Positions 49,390 through 62,769 of a stretch of 64,000 bases of DNA are shown piece after piece (within the stretch, counting starts at the first letter, position 1; the number at the start of each line of letters is the position of its first letter). The notes beneath the pieces are model-generated. The model ran no database searches and was not told the origin of the DNA. It was given only the letters and a program-made list of their open reading frames with translations. The stretch is from NCBI RefSeq assembly GCF_030028105.1, contig NC_092384.1, forward strand, positions 12,798,316-12,862,315, read 5' to 3'. A program made the position numbers and the translations under genes. The stretch comes from Mobula birostris (lineage: Eukaryota).

Positions 49390-50710
49390 CAATAGCTACT
49401 GCTCTACTACATACCGTTCTTACACATCTGGAGAAGAAGGAACACGCACAAAACGTTGGAGGAACTCAGCAGGTCGGGCAGCATCCGTGGAAACGAACAG
49501 TCAACGTTTCCACGGATGCTGCCCGACCTGCTGAGTTCCTCCAGCGTTTTGTGCGTGTTGATTTGATCCCAGCATCTGCAGAATATTTTGTGTTGGAGAA
49601 GAAGGATGTTTATGTGAGAATGCTGTTCTTGGACTACAGTTCAACATTCAACACCATAGTTCCATCCAGGCTCGACAAGAAGCTCAGGGACCTCGGACTT
49701 GACCCTGCCTTGTGCAGCTGGATCTTGTACTTCTTGTCAGACCGCCAGCAGGTTGTAAGAGAAGGCTCCCTCACCTCTAACCCTCTGACTCTCAATACAG
49801 GAGCCCCTCAAGGCTGCGTACTGATTTCCCTTCTTTACGCCCTGTATACCCATGACTGTATCGCCACCCACAGCTCCAATCTGCTGATTGGCCTTATCTC
49901 AAACAATAACGAGGTGGCCTACAGGGAAGAAGTCATCTCTTTGACACAGTGGTGTCAAGAAAACAACCTCTCCCTCAATGTCGCAAAAACAAAGGAGCCG
50001 GTTGTGGATTAGAGGAGGAATGGAGACGGGTGAACCCTAATTGACATTAATGGATCTGGGATCGAGAGGGTAAACAGCTTGAAATTCCTCGGCATCCACA
50101 TCACTGAGGACCTCACGTGGTCCATACACACCAGCTGTGTGGGGAAAAAGGCATGACAGCGCGTCTTTCACCTCAGACGGTTGAGGAAGTTTGGATGGGC
50201 CCCTAAATCCTAAGAACTTTCTACAGGGCCACAATTTAGAGCATCCCAACTGGGTGGATCACTACCTGGTATGGAAACTGTACCTCCCTTAATCGTAGGA
50301 CTCTGCGGAGAGTGGTGTGGACAGCCCAGCTCATCTGTAGTTGCGAACTTCCCATGTTTCAGGACATTTACAAGGACAGGTTTGTAAAAAGGGCCCCTAG
50401 GATCATTAGGGATGCACGCCATTCGAACCACAATCTATTCCAGCTGCTATCATCTGGGAAGCGGTACCGCAGCATAAAAGTCAGGACCAACAGGTTCCAG
50501 GACAGCTTCTTCCACCAGGCCATCAGACTGATGAACTCACGCTGATTTGAGTGTACTCTATATTACATTGACCGTTCCATTTATTATAAATTATTAAAAA
50601 TTACGGTGATTGCACATTTAGATGGAGACGTAACGTAAAGAGTTTTACCCTTCATGTATGTGAAGGATGTAAGAAATAAAGTCAATTCAATTCAATTCCA
50701 TTCGATTCAA
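49390..50710 (+). mobile_element. Rex1/Babar-like LINE 3' half
   Basis: MLFLDYSSTFNTIVPSRL...LNTGAPQGCVL...YTHDC; RTNRFQDSFFHQAIRLMN; tail aataaagtcaattcaattcaattc. Confidence 0.85.
49442..49593. mobile_element. 152-bp Penelope-derived fold-back insertion with 13-bp TSD
   Basis: 55-bp inverted arms at 49441-49495 and 49505-49559, 9-nt loop, one mismatch. Flanked by TGGAGAAGAAGGA at 49429-49441 and 49594-49606. Confidence 0.85.
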
Positions 50711-51599
50711 TATAATAAATTTCTGAATTCTGGGTCGAGCTTGAGATAAACACACACGAATTTTGTCTTCAGTTAAAATGACGATTTCTGTCCTTGCTCT
50801 TGATGCTTCTCAAACAAGAAAAAGCTTGTTCACACATGTAAGAATTTGAAAGCTACAGGAAAATACTTATTGCTTTCCTGTGTATGACACGATGTACTTC
50901 TTCCAGAGCTTGTCCAGGGGCAGGTCAGTAAATCTCATCTTCGGTGCATGATCAGAGTGCAGCTCACAAAGTTCTTCCTCTTCCCTCAAAGTCATTTTCT
51001 CAGGCTGAGTAGATGATTCAAATACAGAATCCCTCACCCAGTCGAACACGTGTTGAAAGAGAAGGAAAATACTGATCAATTTTGTTCTGCAGTTCTTCCA
51101 GGTGGTTTTCAATAAGACTCGAGACTTCCTGATATCCTTCCTCACTCTCAAGCCCATACTGCAATGGAATTCACTTTACAGCTCACACACCCTGTTGAGA
51201 ATTCTTCCTCTGCTAAGCCTCCGGATTTCTGTATGCAGCAGGAGATTAGTTGTGTTTTTTGTCCAGGTTTTCACACAGTTTTCTAAACACTCTCGAGTGA
51301 TCTGGTTTTAAAGTTACTAAATAACTTGAATCTTCAATGTGACTGTGACTTTATTTTCAAAAGCTTTAGTCTGCTTGTTTTGAGATTCTAATAGTCGTTT
51401 AAAATAATCAGTACTTTTACGTGTCATGTGTCTGTGAATTGTAGTTAAATGTCTTTTCAATTTTGCTGGAGCCATTGCTACATTTGTAAATTGTTTGCCA
51501 CAGACTAGGCACGATGGAAAATGACAATTTGGATCTCCAGTCCGTATAAAACCCATTGATAAGCAGCTGTTATTGTAAATATATAGTACCTGCTGATTA

Positions 51600-53610
51600 C
51601 TTTAGTCCCGCCCACTGCTTTCGTCTCCAGGACCCAGAAGAGGCTGGTGGACTTCTTCTGGGGCAACAGGAAGCATTGGGTCTCTGCTACGGTCCCGAGA
51701 CTGCCGATTGCGGAGGACGGTCAGTCATTGGTGTGCGTGCGCTCCCAGCTGGAGGCTCTCAGCCTTAGGAACCTGCAGAGATACCTGTATATCGACCACC
51801 CTTCGAGATCGTGTGCGTTGGCGATGCATCTTCTCCGCCAAGTGCACTGCTTGCAGGAGGGCACTTGGCTTCCAGGGGACAGCATCAGCCGCGCTGCTTT
51901 GAGGGAACTGCCTCGTTTTCATCGAGAACTGTTGCGAGTCTAGTCTCATCCAGACAGGGTGCTCCTGCGACAGTGGGGGGGGGGGGGAGCAGTGATCTAG
52001 CTGCGAGGGGGACTGGTCCCATCCTATCACGGTGGGTGTCGATGCTCGGGAAAGTGCAGAGGAAGTGCATCTGGTAGCGGAGAAGCTCCCCAGTGGAAAC
52101 CTTGTCAAGCAAGGGTCTTTCCCCTGAACATTGGACACCTGGGGTGTAAGGTGTTGCATAGAGCAGTACCGTACAATATGTCTTTAAGCAAGTCCAATGA
52201 CAACCGTCCACCTGTCAATTCTGTGGCCGGGACGAGTCGGTGTAACATGTTATATGGAATGTGAGAGGTTGCAGCCCGTCTTTGAGTATCTGAAGGTGCT
52301 GCTGCTCACGTTCTGGTGCACTTCAACCCCGCGCTCCTTATATACAGGCACCCAATACGGAAGGGGGCGGGTGGCGAGTAGGATCTACTGCTGGGCTTGC
52401 TCCTGGGCTTGGCCAAGATGGTCATTCACGGGTCTACGGGTCTAGGCGGCGAAAAGTTGGGGGTTCTGCCAGGATTGACTGCCTGCCCCTCTTCCGAGGA
52501 TCAGTTCGTGCCCGGCTGTCCTTGGAGAGGGAGCATGCGGTCACAATGGGTACAGTTGGAGATGCCCAGGGGAAGTTCCCCCTCCAGGGAATTGACTGTT
52601 TTATAGACAGTAGTAGACATTAGTAATCATGTTTTAATTTGAATTTGTTCACTGTCTTGTGTTACGTACCCCGTAACTGGGTTGCCAAACCAGCAGAAAT
52701 GGATCACTCAGTTGGAGTCTGGATTACTGGAACTAAGAAAGTTTTATTAAAGAAACAAGCAACACAGTACTCTAATCAAAAAGATAATAAATGCAACAGT
52801 TCAGCAATGATAAACACACATGTACACAGAATTAGGATAACAGGATCAATCAAGCTCTATCGTCGTCTAGGGGTAAATGATCAGTTTCAAAGTGACGCAA
52901 ATTTCAGTTCAACTGAGTTCAGTTCAGTTCACAATAATCACTGCCGTGGCGATGGACAGTGGGGGGAAGGAGAGAGAGAGCAAAAACGGATGAATATTCA
53001 AACGGCTTCCACACAGACCTTCGATATTCTTCGCAGTCAGCTTTCGGGCGAGCCCTTTGTGATGTCTTCTGAGGTCACCGACCGTGACCCCTCCGTTTCC
53101 AGATACGATCGTTTCTCTGCGGTGAACCTGGCACCCAGGCATGGGCGGACACACACCAGGTTCCGGCCGATCGTACCTTTCCACCCTGTGCGTCTATGGC
53201 TTGGTCCCGCGCACCACCGTCCAAAAACTCCCACCGACTTGTGGGAGGCGCACTGCTTCCAGGGTCTCGTTACCTCGTGGTGTCGTGTGTGTCTGCCTTA
53301 GCGAATCTGTCCCTTTTTATCCCCCTGCTGGGGTATCGCCTGTCCATCACTTCAAACAGTTCAGGGTTCAAAGGGGGAGCCAATCTTGACAGCTCTCTTT
53401 CCGTTAAACTCTCCCGTCCCTTCATTAACATCTCCAAATGCTGCTCCATTGTTTTCCTTATCTCTCTTTCTCCTGAAGACAGGTGGCAGACCAACTGATG
53501 ATCCCACTGGTGCCAGCACAGGACAGCTAACATCTTAATCTATGTGTATTCTCGTCACACTTGCAAATACTTACTCTTTGTACTTTGTGTGTTTGTTGTA
53601 TAAATAAACT
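51600..53610 (+). mobile_element. Tx1-like LINE 3' fragment, interrupted by a solo LTR
   Basis: DFFWGNRKHWVSATV...EDGQSLVCVRSQL...LQRYLY. The 3' UTR continues after the LTR to taaataaac. Confidence 0.65.
52660..53559. mobile_element. Solo LTR (900 bp)
   Basis: tgttacgtacc...ctcgtcaca, with 4-bp TSD CTTG at 52656-52659 and 53560-53563. Confidence 0.85.
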
Positions 53611-54129
53611 TTCATAGTTTTGTAAACAAAAGATTTTTTTTTGTCTCTGTTGTTGCACTAGTGCAGTGAAATGACTCAGAAATAGTAATTCTTCACCGGT
53701 AACCTTAACAAAACTGTCTGTAGGCCTAGGCCTAGAATCTCACACCTCCTCTTCAAGAATGGTCACACAGGACCATCTCTAGAATGCAAATATCCCTCCA
53801 ATTTTCTATTACACCAAAAAAGTTTGTTCGCTCCTCAAAGTTAGTCGTCAGCGCCTAAAGAGAATTCGGGGAGGTAATCAGGGAGTGAAAGGCTGACTTC
53901 ACAGCCCGAGTTGGACGTGTCCATTCAATGCTCGGAGAAAGCACTTCAAGCTCCTCATCAGCCTACCATCCTCCCTTCCGTGCAATATAGCACTCACCAA
54001 TTATCAACGGCCTCCTCTATCTTGCGTCAAAACCAGAGAATGGACCCAACTAAATGAACACGGTCCTGCTGCGCACTGCCATACTGGGCTGAGACACCGC
54101 TAACGAGATGATCAACAGGGCTACTCGGT

Positions 54130-57100
54130 TACTGCGCGTGACGTCAGCCAGTAGAGCAGGAAAAGTTTAAAAAGAAGACCTCCATTTCCGGCGGGCAGCG
54201 GAGTGAGAGGGTAGCAGAGTGATAGGGATTTCGCTCAACGGGCTTAGGCTGTAACAGGACGAGGCGAGGTACGTTTACCTGTGTCAATTGCGGAAAGGAA
54301 GTATGTGTGTGAGGCCGGTGTTCTGTGCTCGTTGTCAGATGTGGGAAATCCTGGAGTCTCACAGCGTCCCGGACAGACATATCTGCTCCCGGTGTGTCGA
54401 GCTACAGCTCCTAAGGGACTGCGTTAGGGAACTGGAGTTGCAGTTCGATGACCTTCGTCTAGTCAGGGAGATCGAGGAGGAGTTATAAACAGGTGGTCAC
54501 ACCGGGGCCACGGGAGACAGACAAGTGGGTAACAGTCAGAAGAGGGAAGGGGAAGAGTCAGGTACCAGAGAGTACCCCTGTGGCTGTCCCCCTGAACAAT
54601 AAGTACTCCTGTTTGAATACTGTTGGGGGGGGGAACAGTCTACTTGGGGGCAGCAACAGTGATCGTGCCTCTGGCACAGAGTCCGGCCCTGTGGCTCAGA
54701 AGGGGCCAGGCAGGTGATTCAGTGGACGCAGGAAAGAAACTCGGATGGTAGTTTTCCTCCCAGGTGCCAGGGTCCGGAATGTTTCAGTTCGCGTCCACGA
54801 TATCCTGCAGTGAAAGGGAGAACAACCAGAGGTCGTGGTACATATTGGTACCAATGACATAAGTAGGAAAAGGGAAGGGGTCCTGAAAACAGACTACAGG
54901 GAGTTAGGAAGGAAGTTGAGAAGCAGGACTGCAAAAGTAGTAATCTCGGGATTACAGTCTGTTGCACTTGACAGTGAGTATAGGAATAGAATGAGGTGTA
55001 GGATAAATGCGTGGCCGAGGGATTGGAGCAGGAGACAGGGATTCAGATTTCTGGATCATTGGGACCTCTTTGGGGGCAGGTGTGCGTGTACAAAAAGGAC
55101 GGATTGCACGGAATCCCAGGGGAACCAATATCCTGGCGGGGAGGTTTGCAAAGGCTACTGTGGAGAGTTTAAACTTGAATTGATGGGGGGTGGAAGCAGA
55201 ACTGAAGAGACTGAGGAAGAGGCGGTTGGCTCACAAATAGAGAAAGCTTGGAGACCGTGTGTGAGGGAGCATGGGCAGGTGATAGAGAAGGGACGCGCTC
55301 AGACCGACGGTTTGAGATATGTCAACTTTAACGCAAGGAGTATTGTGAACAAAGCGGATGAGCTTCGTGCGTGGATCAGTACTTGGAGATATGATATGGT
55401 GGACATTACAGAGACTTGGATGGCTCAGGGACAGGAATGGCTACCTCATGTGTCGGGTTTTAAATGTTTCGGAAACAACAGGGAGGGAGGCAAAAGAGGT
55501 GGGGGCGTGGCACTGTTGATCAGAAATAGTGTCACTGCTGCAGAAAAGGTGGACGTCATGGATGGATTTCTACGGAGTCGCTGTGGGTGGAAGTTAGGAA
55601 CAGGAAACGGTCAATAATTCTACTGGGTGTTTTTATAGGTCGCCCAATAGTAACAGGGATATCGAGGAGCAGATAGGGAAACAGATCCAGGAAAGGGGCA
55701 ATAATCACAGAGATGTCGTGGTGGGAGATTTTAATTTTTCAAATATCTACTGGCATCTCCCTAAATGGGGTAGAGTTTGTTAGGTGTGTTCACGAAGGTT
55801 TCTTCACAGCATATGTAGATAAGTGTACAAGAGCAGAGACAGTGCTTGATTTCGTATTGGGAAATGAACCTGGTCAGGTGTCAGATCTCTCAGTAGGAGA
55901 GCATTTTGGAGATAGTGATCATAATTCTATCTCCTTTACAAGAGTATTGGAGAGAGATAAGAACAGACAAGTTAGAAAAGCGATTAATTGGAGTAAGGGA
56001 AAGTTTGAGACTATCAGGCAGGAACTTGGAAGATTAAATTGGGAACGGGTGTTCTCAGGGAAAGGTATGGAAGAAATGTGGCAAATGTTCAGGGAAAATT
56101 GTGTGGAGTTCTGCTTCGGTACGTTCCAATGAGACAGGGAAGTTATGGTAGAGTACAGGAACCATGATGTACAAAGGTTGTAGTAAATCCAGGCAAGAGG
56201 AAAATAAAAGCTTCACAGAGCTAAGTAAAGTTAGAGATCTAGAAGATTATAAGGCTAACAGGAAGGAGCTTAAGAAGGAAATTAGGAGAGCCAGAACGGG
56301 CCATGAGAAGGCCTTGGCGGGCAGGATTAAGGAGGACCCCAAGGCATTCTACAAATATGTACAGAGTAAGAGGATAAGACGTGAAAGAATAGGACCTAGC
56401 AAGTGTGACAGTGGGAAAGTGTGTATGGAACTGGAGGAAATATCAGAGGTACTTAATGAATACTTTACTTTAATATTCACTGTGGAAAAGGGTCTCGGTG
56501 ATTGTAGTGATGACTTGCAGCGGACTGAAAAGCTTGAACATATAGTTATTAAGAAAGAGGATGTGCTGGAGCTTTGGGAAAGATTCAAGTTGGATAAGTC
56601 GCCGGGACCGGATGAGATGTAACCTAGGCTATTGTGGGAGGCGAGGGAGGAGATTGCTGAGCCTCTGAGGATGATCTTTGCATCATCAATGAGAACGGGA
56701 GAGGTGCCGGAGGACTGGAGGGTTGTGGATGTTGTTCCCTTTTTCAAGAAAGGGAGTAGAGATAGCACAGGAAATTATAGTCTAGTGAATCTTACTTCAG
56801 TGGTTCGTAAATTCATGGAGAAGATCCTGAGAGGCAGGATTTATGAACATTTGGAAAGGTATAATAGGATTAGGAATAGACAGCATGTTTGTCAAGGGCA
56901 GGACGTGCCTTACAAGCCTGATTGAATTTTTTGAGGATGTGACTGAAAACATTGATGAAGGAAGAGCAGTAGATGTAGGGTATAAGGATTTAAGCAAGGC
57001 ATTTGATAAGGTACCCCATGCAAGGCTTATTGAGAATGTAAGGAGGCATGGGATCCAAGGGGACATTGCTTTGTGGATCTAGAACTGGCTTGCCCACAGA

Positions 57101-58075
57101 AGACAGACAGTGGTTGTAGACGGGTCATGTTCTGCATGGAGATCAATGACCAGCCTTACACCCTTACTCTTCGTGATTTTTATAAATGACCTGGAAGTGG
57201 AGAGATGGGTTAGTAACTTTCCTGATGACACAAAAGTTGGGGGTGTTATGGATAGTGTAGAGGGCTGTCAGAGGTTACAGAGGGACATTGATAGGATTTC
57301 AAACATGGGTGAGAAGTGGCAGATGGAGTTCAACCCAGATAAGTGTGAAGTGGTTCATTTCGGTAGGTCAAATCTGACAGCAGCATATTGTATTAATGGT
57401 CAGATTCTTGGCAGTGTGGAGGATCAGCGCGATCTTGTGGCCCGAGTCCATAGGACACTCAAAGCAGCTGCGTAGGTTAACTCTGTGGTTAAGAAGGCAG
57501 ACGGCCTTCATCAATCGTGGAATTGAATTTAGGAGCCGAGAGGTAATGTTGCAGCTATATAGAACCTTGGTCAGACCCCACTTGGAGTACTGTGCTCAGT
57601 TCTGGTCGCCTCACTACAGGAAGGATGTGGAAACCATAGGAAGGGTGCAGAAATTTACAAGGACGTTGCCTGGATTGGGGAGCATGCTTTATGAAAACAT
57701 ATTGAATGAGCTCAGCTTTTTCTCCTTGGAGCGACGGAGGATGAGAGGTGATGTGATAGAGCTGTATAAGAGGCATTGATCTTGTGGATAGTCAGACGTT
57801 TTTTCCCAGGGCTGAAATGGTTTAAGAAGAGGGCACAGGTTTAAGGTGCTGGAGAGTAGGTAGAGAGGAGATGTGAGTGGGATGTTTTTCACGCAGAGAG
57901 TGTTGAGTGTATGGAATGGGCTGCAGGCAACGGTGGTGGAGGCGAATACAATAGGGTCTTTTAAGAGACTTTTGGATAGGTACATGGAGCTTATTAAGAT
58001 AGAGAGCTGTGGGTACCCTCGTGATTTCTAAGGTAGGGACATGTTCTGCTGTAGGTTTTCTATGTTTCTATGTTT
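54130..58075 (+). mobile_element. Near-full-length decayed CR1 LINE (ORF1 zinc finger and SGNH esterase; ORF2 EN-RT)
   Basis: CARCQMWEI...HICSRCVELQLL; VHIGTNDISRK; FNARSIVNKADEL; DKSPGPD; SKAFDKVPH; FPDDTKVGG; tail gtttctatgtttctatgtttct. Confidence 0.9.
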
Positions 58076-58567
58076 CTCTCTTTCACTGCGACAGCTATCA
58101 TCGCGCGTCACGCGAACTTCAAAATTTAATGTTCTTTTAATCACGAACTCTTGCAGAACCCCAAACGAATTCTCAGGGAACCCCGGTTGAGAAATCTTGA
58201 CCTAGGTTATTCCAGTTTTATGTTTCATTCACAGAGATAACATATTTTTTTTAAATTTTGATGAACATCGGTTCCTATGGTTTTTTTAAAACAGAATTCT
58301 CTCTTCATCTGCCTATACATTCTCTGCAATATTATGTTTTTTTTATTTTAATTACAGATATGTCATATCCTGCTTTAGCTGTAACCTATATTATAAAGCT
58401 ATAAAGTTCAACAACTCGAACCATTTGCACTTCGTTCCCACTGCAACATTGCTATGGACCATGTAACTTTCTACTCTCTCCATTGACGTGAGTTAATTTC
58501 ATGTTCTTCTAATTAGTTCTTACTCATTCAAGTTCCTACTCGGCTGCATTTTGTGTTATTTCTGTTA

Positions 58568-59302
58568 CATCAACTCAAGTCAAGTCAAGTCGCTTTTCAT
58601 TTTCATTTTGACCATAAACTGCTGGTACAGCACACGGTAAAAAAGAAACAACGTTCCTCCAGGACAAATACCTGGGGATACGAATTGACAATAAACTGGA
58701 CTGGGCAAAGAACACCGAGGCTGTTTACAAGAAGGGTCAGAGCCCTCTCTATTTCCTGAGGAGACTGAGGTCCTTTAACATCTGCCGGACGATGCTGAGG
58801 ATGTTCTACGAGTCTGTGGTGGCCAGTGCTATTATGTTTGCTGTTGTGTGCTGGGGCAGCAGGCTGAGGGTAGCAGACACGAACAGAATCAACAAACTCA
58901 TCCATAAGGCCAGTGATGTTGTGGGGATGGAACTGGACTCTCTGATGGTGGTGTCTGAAAAGAGGATGCTGTCTAAGTTGCATGCCATCTTGGTCAATGT
59001 TTCCCATCCACTACATAATGTACTGGGTGGGCACAGGAGTACACTCAGCCAGAGACTCATTCCACCGAGATGCAGCACAGAGCGTTATAGGAAGTCATTC
59101 CTGCCTGTGGCCATCAAACTTTATAACTCCTCCCTTGGAGGGTCAGACACTCTGAGCCAATAGGCTGGTCCTGGACTTATTTCATAATTTACTGGCATAA
59201 TTTACATATTACTATTTAACTATTTATGGTTCTATTACTAATTATGTAACAAAAACCAATTTCCCCCGGGATCAATAAAGTATGACTACTACTACTACTA
59301 CT
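58568..59302. mobile_element. Rex1/Babar-like LINE fragments: a minus-strand tail at 58568, then a plus-strand 3' part at about 58650-59302
   Basis: LRMFYESVVASAIMFAVVCWG...TERYRKSFLPVAIKLYN; tail aataaagtatgactactactact. Confidence 0.75.
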
Positions 59303-59319
59303 GACAATGGTGCTATATG

Positions 59320-60710
59320 AAACAACACAAACTACATTAGACTAAGTGAGACAACTCAAGGCTACACTAGACTATGTAAGACAACACAAAAACTACACTA
59401 GCCTACAGACCTACACAGGACTACATAAAGTGCACAAAACAGTGCAGGCAGCACAATAAATGATAAACAAGACAATAGGCACAGTAGAGGATAAATTACA
59501 ATATAATAATAAATGATATAGATGTCAGTCTGGACACTGGGTATTAAGGAGTCTGATGGCTTGGGGAAGAAACTGTTGCACAGTCTGGTCGTGACAGCCT
59601 GAATTCTACGGTACCTTTTGCCAGATGGCAAAAGGAAGAAGAGTTTGTATGAGGGGTGCATGGGGTCCTTCACAATGCTGTTGGCTTTACGGGTGCAGCG
59701 TGTGGTGTAAACGTCTGTAATGGTGGGAAGAGAGACACCGATAATCTTCTCAGCAGACCTCACTATCCGCTGCAGGGTCTTGCGATCCGAGACGATGCAA
59801 TTCCCGAACCAGGCAGTGATGCAACTGCTCAGGATGCTCTCAAAACATCCTATGTATGATGTGGTGAGGATGGGGGGTGTGAGATTGACTTTTTTCAGCC
59901 TTCGCAGAAAGTAGAGATGCTGCTGGGCTTTCTTGGCTATGGAGCTGGTGTTGAGGGACCAGGTGAGATTCTCCACCAGGTGAACACCAAGAAATTTGGT
60001 GCTCTTAACGATCTCAACGGAGGAGCCATCAATATCCAGCAGAGAGTGGTCGCTCTGTGCTCTCCTGAAGTCAACAACCACCTCTTTTGTTTTGTTCACA
60101 TTCAGAGATAGGTTGTTGGCTCTGCACCAGTCCATTAGCCACTGTACCTCCTCTCTGTATGCTGACTCGTCGTTCTTGCTGATGAGACCCACCACAGTCG
60201 TGTCATCGGCGAACTTGATGATGTGGTTCGAGCTGTGTGTTGTAGCACAGTCGTGGGTCAGCAGAGTGAACAACAGTGGACTGAGCACACAGCCCTGGGA
60301 GGCCCCCGTGCTCACTGTGATGGTGCTGGAGATGCTGCTCCCCATCTGGACTGACTGAGGTCTCCCAGTCAGGAAGTCTAGGATCCAGTTGCAGAGGGAG
60401 GTGTTCAGGCCCAGCAGATTCAGCTTTCCAATCTGGTGCTGAGGAATGATTGTGTTGAATGCTGAACTGAAGTCTATGAACAGCATACGAACGTGCGTGT
60501 CTTTTTTTCCAGGTGGGTGAGGGCCAGGTGGAGGGTGCTGGCGATGGTGTCCTCTGTTGAGCGGTTGGGACGATATGCAAACTGCAGGGGGTCCATTGAG
60601 GGGGGCACAGGGTTTTGATGTGCCTCATGACGAGCCTCTCAAAACACTTTATGATGATGGATGTGAGTGCATTGGGACGGTAGTCGTTGAGGCAGGACAC
60701 TGAAGACTTC
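59320..60710 (-). mobile_element. Rex1/Babar-like LINE RT 3' half
   Basis: ORF 59398..60486: [15 protein letters not shown]...[20 protein letters not shown]...[14 protein letters not shown]. Confidence 0.9.
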
Positions 60711-61784
60711 TTCTTCCATACAACTATTCCTTGTGTGAGGAAACTGCCCATCATTTCACCTTTAGGTCTTATTCTCACTTTAAACATCGACCTTCTAGGT
60801 TTGTTTATGCCTATGATGGGAAGCAGATTCTGGCTATATACCTGTACCTCTTAATTGTCATTGTCTATCTATCATGGTAGCTTTCAGAATTCATTGTTCC
60901 AGAAAAATAAAACTAGCTCAGCCTGTTTATTCTCTCCCCATAACTAAAGTGCTACAATGCTTCCAATATTCTGGTGAATGTCCTTGGCAGTGGTTGCAGT
61001 GCAAACACGTTGTTCCTAAAGATAGTGACCAGAATTGCACACAATACTCCAAGCGGGATCTAACCAACATTTTCTACACTCTAACATTATGCCCCATCTC
61101 TTATGCTCAGGGCCTCGTTTGCTGAAGGCGAACATGCCATATAGCTTCTATTAGATGTCCTATTTTCAGTTAATTGTTTATTTCTGACCCTATATCTCCA
61201 TTTAACAAAACTCCTCAGGGACCTGCTACTGTATATATGTCCTGACCATGTCTAACTGCTCAAAATGCACCATTTTGCACATCTCTGAAATTGCTCACTT
61301 TCCAGCTGTTCAATATCTTTATTTGCACTTCAGCATAACGGAAACATATTTGTGTCATCCACAACCTCTTGTTACATATATTCCCATCAGATTTTTTCAG
61401 TCATCCTGAGTGCCACCTGCAGCTAATGCAGTTAGAAAATTTTTTGCCAACTTTTCTCTGCGCTGAACTCATTGGCTTCAATTTCATTCTCGACAGTAAA
61501 TACGGACCAGAAATGTTAATTTAGTTTATCACCTACTTCTTGTAGCTCTACATCGATGACCATATTGATCCTTAAGGGGAACTCTTCCGTTCACTTCCGC
61601 CCTTTCTTAATAGTTTCTTAATATAACCTTCCTCCATATTCCTAATCTATTACCCTTAGGCTAATGACCTCCCGTATGGCACAATAGGGAGGGTAAGTTG
61701 AAGCAAGTTTTACGCATGTAAAGCTGAAAATATTGGTGAACTCAGGCTGAATATAAAAAGCTGAGTAAATAAGAATGACAACAG

Positions 61785-62425
61785 TAAAGATATGCCGGAG
61801 GAGAAGATGGCGGCACGCCTTCGTGTGTGCAGCCCTCTGGTGAAAAATGATATCGTATCTGTTAAATAGGGGCCGTGGACAATTCTGATTTGATGGAGAA
61901 TGTATGTGAAAGCACAGAAGAACATCTGGAGAAATTTCTGAAACGCCCATTCACTGCAGTCGTTACTGTGTGGTCGGGAAGCTTCCGAAGGGTAGGCCTC
62001 ACAATCCCTGGCCTTGCCTGCTTTTGGCGACCGAGAAGGTGGTCGAATCGTTTGGACAGAGTGGCGCTCAGTACTCGGTGTCGGAGAGGTGATCAGAGCT
62101 CGAAGTTTTCGGATGACTCAGAGTCGGATTGTGGTCGGCAAGGCAGGGAAAGGTTTTCTTCCTTCTCCCATCTGCGTGAGATGTGGGACATTTGAGAAAC
62201 TTTGAACTTTACTGTGCTCATGGACTTCTTCATCAAGTTATGGTATGGTTGCACTGTCGTAACTATGTGTTATAATTATGTAGTTTTGTCAGCTTTTTTC
62301 AGTCTTGGTCTGTCCTGTGTTTTGTGATATCACACCGGAGGAAATAATGTATCATTTCTTAATGCATGCATTACTAAATGACAATAAAAGAGGACTACGT
62401 GTCTTTGTATTCATCATAATCTTAT
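61785..62425 (+). mobile_element. Unclassified non-autonomous repeat
   Basis: Head gaagatggcggc and LINE-like 3' end cattactaaatgacaataaaagaggact. Family not identified. Confidence 0.45.
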
Positions 62426-62769
62426 GAACATATTAACATCTGAAACAGTGGAGTTCCAAAGTCTCTTAATGGCATTCACACCAGAAATTGATAGTAAAGG
62501 GAGGAGCCTGAAAAATATCTACGCTGGAAGATGATGGGCACAATTGGAAGATTTAATAGTTATTTTATAACTACCACTTACCAAACTGGCAAGGCAGGAT
62601 GAAGGCAATAGAGAAAATAGACGAGATGAAAATTAATAAAAGGAATGCGCTTGAAATGATGGTTATTCCTGAAGTAGATGCAACCTGGATTTGAGAAGAT
62701 CCAAGGACACTGTTAGAATTCTGGAAGAGTATTACAGAAGTGACTCCCATCTAATTATTTCATCCAGTT

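Larger units (their letters stand above)
49107..58199 (-). mobile_element. hAT Charlie/Buster-type DNA transposon containing nested insertions
   Basis: Ends cagccttctaaaac... and ...ggttgagaaatcttg. 8-bp TSD ATCTAGGT / ACCTAGGT. Transposase remnants at 50760-51560: PSCLVCGKQFTNVAMAPAKLKRHLTTIH and TYMCEQAFSCLRSIKSKDRNR. Confidence 0.75.

Noticed and set aside
50760-51560. SCAND3/ZBED8-like host gene
   Set aside because: Fragmented, internally deleted and bounded by hAT ends with a TSD, so a transposon relic rather than a domesticated gene.
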